The translations under genes were made by a program, and so were the position numbers. A DNA stretch of 64,000 nucleotides, from contig OX597818.1 of assembly GCA_951406725.2 (NCBI GenBank), positions 140,988,001 to 141,052,000 of the forward strand, in the 5' to 3' direction. Under the pieces are notes generated by a model. It did no database searches. It had not been told where the DNA came from and saw only the letters and a list, made by a program, of their open reading frames with translations. Shown here one piece after another: positions 58,935-64,000 of the stretch; the first letter of the stretch is position 1, and the number at the start of each line of letters is the position of its first letter. The DNA is from Octopus vulgaris. Lineage: Eukaryota.

Positions 58935-59892
58935 GTATACATACATACATTCATACATACATACATACAAACATACATACATACATACATACATACATAC
59001 ATACATACGTACGTACGTACATACATACATACATGCATACATACATACATACATTCAAACATTCATACACACATACATTCAAACATACATACATACATAC
59101 ATACGTACGTACGTACGTACATACATACATACATACATACATTCATACATACATACATTCATACATACATACATACAGTCATACATACATACATACATTC
59201 ATACATACATTACATACATACATACATACATTCATACATACATACATACATACATACATACATACATTCATACATACATACATACATTCATACATACATA
59301 CATACATACATACATACATACATACGTACGTACATACATTCATACATACATACATACATACATACGTACGTACGTACGTACGTACATACATGCATACATA
59401 CATACATTCATACATACATACATACATACATACATTCATACATTCATACATACATACATACATACATACATACATACATACATTCATACATACAAACATA
59501 CATACATACATACATACATACATTCATACATACATACATGCGTACGTATGTACGTACATACTTACACACATACATACATACATACATTCATACATACATT
59601 CATACATACATACATACATACATACGTACGTACATACTTACATACATACATTCATACATACATACATACATACATTCATACATACATACATACATACATA
59701 CATACATACATACATACATACGTACGTACGTACATACATACATACATACATACACTCATACATACATACATACATGCATACATACATACATACATACATA
59801 CATACATTCATACATACAAACATACATACATACATACATACATACATTCATACATACATACATACATACATACATACATACATACATACATG
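58935..59892. repeat. (TACA)n degenerate microsatellite, ~950 bp
   Basis: Direct reading; produces the 356-423 aa YIHT pseudo-ORFs. Confidence 0.97.
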
Positions 59893-61599
59893 CATAACAC
59901 ATTCGAAGGAATAGGTCGCGTATTGGGCGTGGGAGTCTATTTATTGAAAATACCATGAATACTGCCTCCAACTTTGAAGCCACATCTATCAGCCCTGTTA
60001 AATAGAGTGATCGATCTCCGGAGGAATTAACTGAGGGAGATTTTTTATTCAAGATCGTAGCCGTTTTCGACTGAAACTTGAATTTGCCATGCAGAACGTT
60101 TCTATAAACAATATAACTGAACACATTAGCAACAAAACCGGAGAGCTGAAAGAAAACAACAGCTCAACAAGTAAACAGATTCATTCTAACTGTAGTTACA
60201 GAGGAAACCGTAACTGCAAAACGCATTTTCTTGGAGTTATGATTAGAGTGTCGATTTATTTAGCTGTTACAAAAAAACCCCCAATTGTTTGTATATATGA
60301 ATGGATTGAAATCGTATTGGGATGATCTGCAGCCAGAGCTAAATCACTTTACTGCGAAACAATTATGCCAACAAGCAGCATTTGTGGATCAAAGGGAGAA
60401 AGTTAGTGAATGTATCTTTATCAAAGAAATTATCTTAAATTAATTTTGTCCCAAAGAATATAAATGAAATCGGGAACGAAGTTAGAACACAACCTAATTT
60501 TCCAGTTATCGACACTCCAACAGATAGTATACTGCGTGTCAGCCAAAATGCATTTACAGGCTAAAATAACTGACCATTGTCCTTCTACTACTATTATGAT
60601 AAATAGCAGGCACAACCGTAAATAATATTGTAGCAATAGTAGTAGTCAAAGTTATATAACAGTGAAATATGCCCTTACTAAAATGTTTCTAGGTAAATAA
60701 CTTTAGCTTTGACGTACTCTCTCTTCGAGAGAGTATTCTCTGCAAAAGTAAACAAAGGTCTGCCAGGCACGGTATTGAAAGTTGTTAATGAAATTGGAGA
60801 GGAGTATTTAAAGCAGCATCACGAAGCCTCATTCTGGCAGATTAACGCCTGTCTATATGCCCTGTCTACTACTGCAAAGGAGTACATAAGCGACACTTAA
60901 AAAGTAAGCAAAAACAGAAACAACGAAAAGTGTCTCATCGTGAGTTTTGAAGACAGAGAAAAAGATGGCTGATTTACAGAAGACGATCAGCTGTGTAACG
61001 ATGCTTTTGCTTGCAAACAAGCAGGTTACTGACCAACAAAAAGGGAAGAAGGAGATAGAAGTGGTGTTTGGAGATGACAAAAGAGAACGAACGCTTGCAA
61101 ACTGATCACCGCCAAGCAGGAATTGACAGCTGTCAGTGAGAAACTTCGACGTCAGAAGAGGATACTCGAATGAAAAACAATAAGCTAAAAAATTAAGAGC
61201 GTACAGAAACATGGGAAGAGAAACAATGAACATCACAAAAGCTCCTTCATGAGCAGACATTCAGGAGGAAAATTTAGAGCGATGAGAGGGAGTTTAACCA
61301 AGATGCTATATGGCTGGAAGCAACTCGAAGAATTTATGTTACATGCGTTACACACAAAGAATACAGCATTGATGGTAATACCCTCGTGACTGTAATCTAG
61401 AAACTTCAGGATGGAAAACCACCTGAAAGAGACGTGATTGTTGGATACTGGTACTAGAAACTAACCAGCAAGATCTAAATGGGAACACTGGTTAGCTCTG
61501 GCAAAGACAAAACTCATTGCCATTTATATCTGCAGAAGATCATTCATGGACATGTCAGTAGAAAGCTCCGAGATGATAGTAATATTGATCAGTAAAGCA

Positions 61600-62340
61600 G
61601 TCTATCATGGACCAACGACCGGATTACTAAATCCCACTTTGAAAGGTAAGCGTTAGCAATCCAGCAATAGAAAATATGGACCAAATACCTGATGCACAAA
61701 ATGGGACACAGACGCAGGAATAGCAGCAAACTATGATAACCGATGCAGACTTTGTGGAGTTAACACCGAAGATATCACCCACATCATAAGCATTTGTCCG
61801 AAAACATCATCACGGTATTATCTACCGACGAGTCATGATGTTACAGCTAGGATATGTATAATGAGATCAGTCGGAAGGATAACCCCGAGGGCAACGAAAT
61901 GATAACCCCACAGTAGGGTGGACATCATACTCACACATAATCAAAAGGAGTACTGGTGGAATGTCCCAATGAAAACCTCAATAAAATATTAGCATAATAG
62001 ATCTGACATAATGGTTTGAGATAAAGAAGGGAAACTGTGTACGGTTGTGGAAAGCAGCTGCCCAGTCGATGGTAGCATAAAGCTAACGATCAACTAAAAA
62101 GAAAATACCTACGCAGAACTATTTGAGAAACCTTAAGTTACTCTATCCCAGGTTACAAGTTCAGGTTTATACCTGTAATTATTGGAGCACTAGGATATGA
62201 AAATACTGCCTAATAACACATCTTGAGAAATTAGGCTTCTGAAAACCAGAAAGGAAAAAGCTGATGCGAAGTCTACAGATCCAAGCCATCACTAGAACAG
62301 TAAAAATCTGTAAAACTTCTCGGGAGTTTATCGTTTAACC
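61600..62340 (+). pseudogene. Decayed RLE-type non-LTR retrotransposon C-terminus (may extend upstream to ~60000)
   Basis: RCRLCGVNTEDITHIISICPK..YLPTSHD, YWWNVP, HNRSDIMV*, VVESSCP and FIPVIIGALG, with stops and frameshifts. Confidence 0.8.
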
Positions 62341-62512
62341 ATTCATGAACATGCCTAGACACGCACCTATATGCATAAGAAAACATGCATAAATCAAAAC
62401 ATAGACATTTCCATTTATACATACATACATACATACATACATACATACATACATGCATACATACATACATACATACATACATACATACATACATACATAC
62501 ATACATACATAC

Positions 62513-62673
62513 GTAGGAGTGGCTGTGTGGTAAGTAGCTTGCTTACCAACCACATGGTTCCGGGTTCAGTCCCACTGCGTGGCAACTTGGGCAAGTGTCT
62601 TCTACTATAGCCTCGGGCCGACCAAAGCCTTGTGAGTGGATTTGGTAGACGGAAACTGGAAGAACCCGATCGT

Positions 62674-62716
<43 letters not shown>

Positions 62717-62943
62717 TGTGTGTGTTTATGTGTCTGTGTTTGTCCCCCTAGCATTGCTTGACAACCGATGCTGGTGTGTTTATGTCCCCGTTACTTAGCG
62801 GTTCGGCAAAAGCGACCGATAGAATAAGTACTGGGCTTACAAAAAAATAAGTCCCGGGGTCGAATTGCTCGATTAAAGGCGGTGCTCCAGCATGGCCGCA
62901 GTCAAGTGACCGAAACAAGTAAAAGAGTAAAAGAGAAAAGAGT
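62513..62943 (+). mobile_element. SINE family A inserted in (TACA)n
   Basis: High identity to 33106-33502. Confidence 0.9.
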
Positions 62944-63593
62944 ATACATACATACATACATACATACATACATACATAAAAAAACATCCTGTTGATGTTG
63001 AAATTTTACTGAAGGTGACTTAGACCAAGGTTAGAAACCGGCTCTTTCTGTATTGTCAAGTAATGTTGAAATAAAACTGAATAGTGACATACATATATTC
63101 ATACATACGTACATACATACATACGTATATACATACATACATACATACATACATACATACATACATACATACATACATACATGCATGCATGCATACATGC
63201 ATACATACATACATACGTGTGTACATACAGATATACTCCTATAGTTTAGTATGTATTTTTCTTGAATAAGCAACTATGTTACTAGTGAATGGGTAATTAT
63301 AATATCGCTCTGCAAAATAATTTTAAAAAAAAACATAGAATTTCATTGGAGACTTAACTAAATATTGCATGATATTATATGAAAGTATTTTCGTGACGTT
63401 GTCAGCATTACTCGTAGTTATTTGTATTTTAAAATCCTACTTTTAGTTTTTAGCTTTTGGTACTAAAATTGAAGGTAGATCACTTTCTCTGAATAGATTT
63501 ATCCGTGAAGCATACAGATCTCATGTATTCTCACTTGGTCATCATACCTCGCTGCCGATGACAACGTTGTACATATATAATACGAGCATAAAC

Positions 63594-63629
<36 letters not shown>

Positions 63630-63630
63630 C

Positions 63631-63759
<129 letters not shown>

Positions 63760-64000
63760 TTATATGCTTATACTCTCAAGGTCCATTGGTTCAGATTCAT
63801 ATCCAGAAACGATACATAAAATATATATTTATTTTAATATTTATGCCTTGCTTATTTTCATTTGTGAATTCCGGAATATATCATATATTATCATTATCAT
63901 TGCTCGAGCAATTCCCAAATTTCTGCTAAAATAATTTTTCTGAATATATCTTTGGAATATTTGTTTCCATTACGTGCGTGTGGTGTATGACCTGGCGTGT

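Noticed and set aside
58626-59958. Long ORFs (356-423 aa) and similar ORFs at 4894-5649, 9507-10145, 27976-28483 and 32508-32940
   Set aside because: These are translations of stop-free microsatellites ((TACA)n, (GAAA)n, (TAT)n, (GAT)n) with no protein complexity.

Overview
AT-rich, microsatellite-saturated eukaryotic DNA with no recognisable host exons. It is most likely intergenic or intronic octopus (coleoid cephalopod) sequence; this is inferred from the tRNA/CORE- and Nin/Deu-type SINEs and the (TA)/(TACA)/(TAA) load. Nearly all listed ORFs are microsatellite translation artefacts. The real content is: four SINE families, several with target-site duplications (TSDs); decayed mariner/maT transposons; a non-autonomous Helitron; RTE and R4/Dong-like LINE 3' ends; a Gypsy integrase remnant; and a Penelope-like (PLE) GIY-YIG remnant. 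The most notable signal is a set of short non-coding elements sitting in (TA)n tracts that carry type I minimal hammerhead ribozyme (HHR) motifs. These include a ~330-356 bp tandem dimer with retrozyme-like architecture, two adjacent fold-back elements with an HHR-like motif in each arm, and recurrent core variants (U3-A8 and U4C). All folds were paired by eye and no activity is demonstrated.
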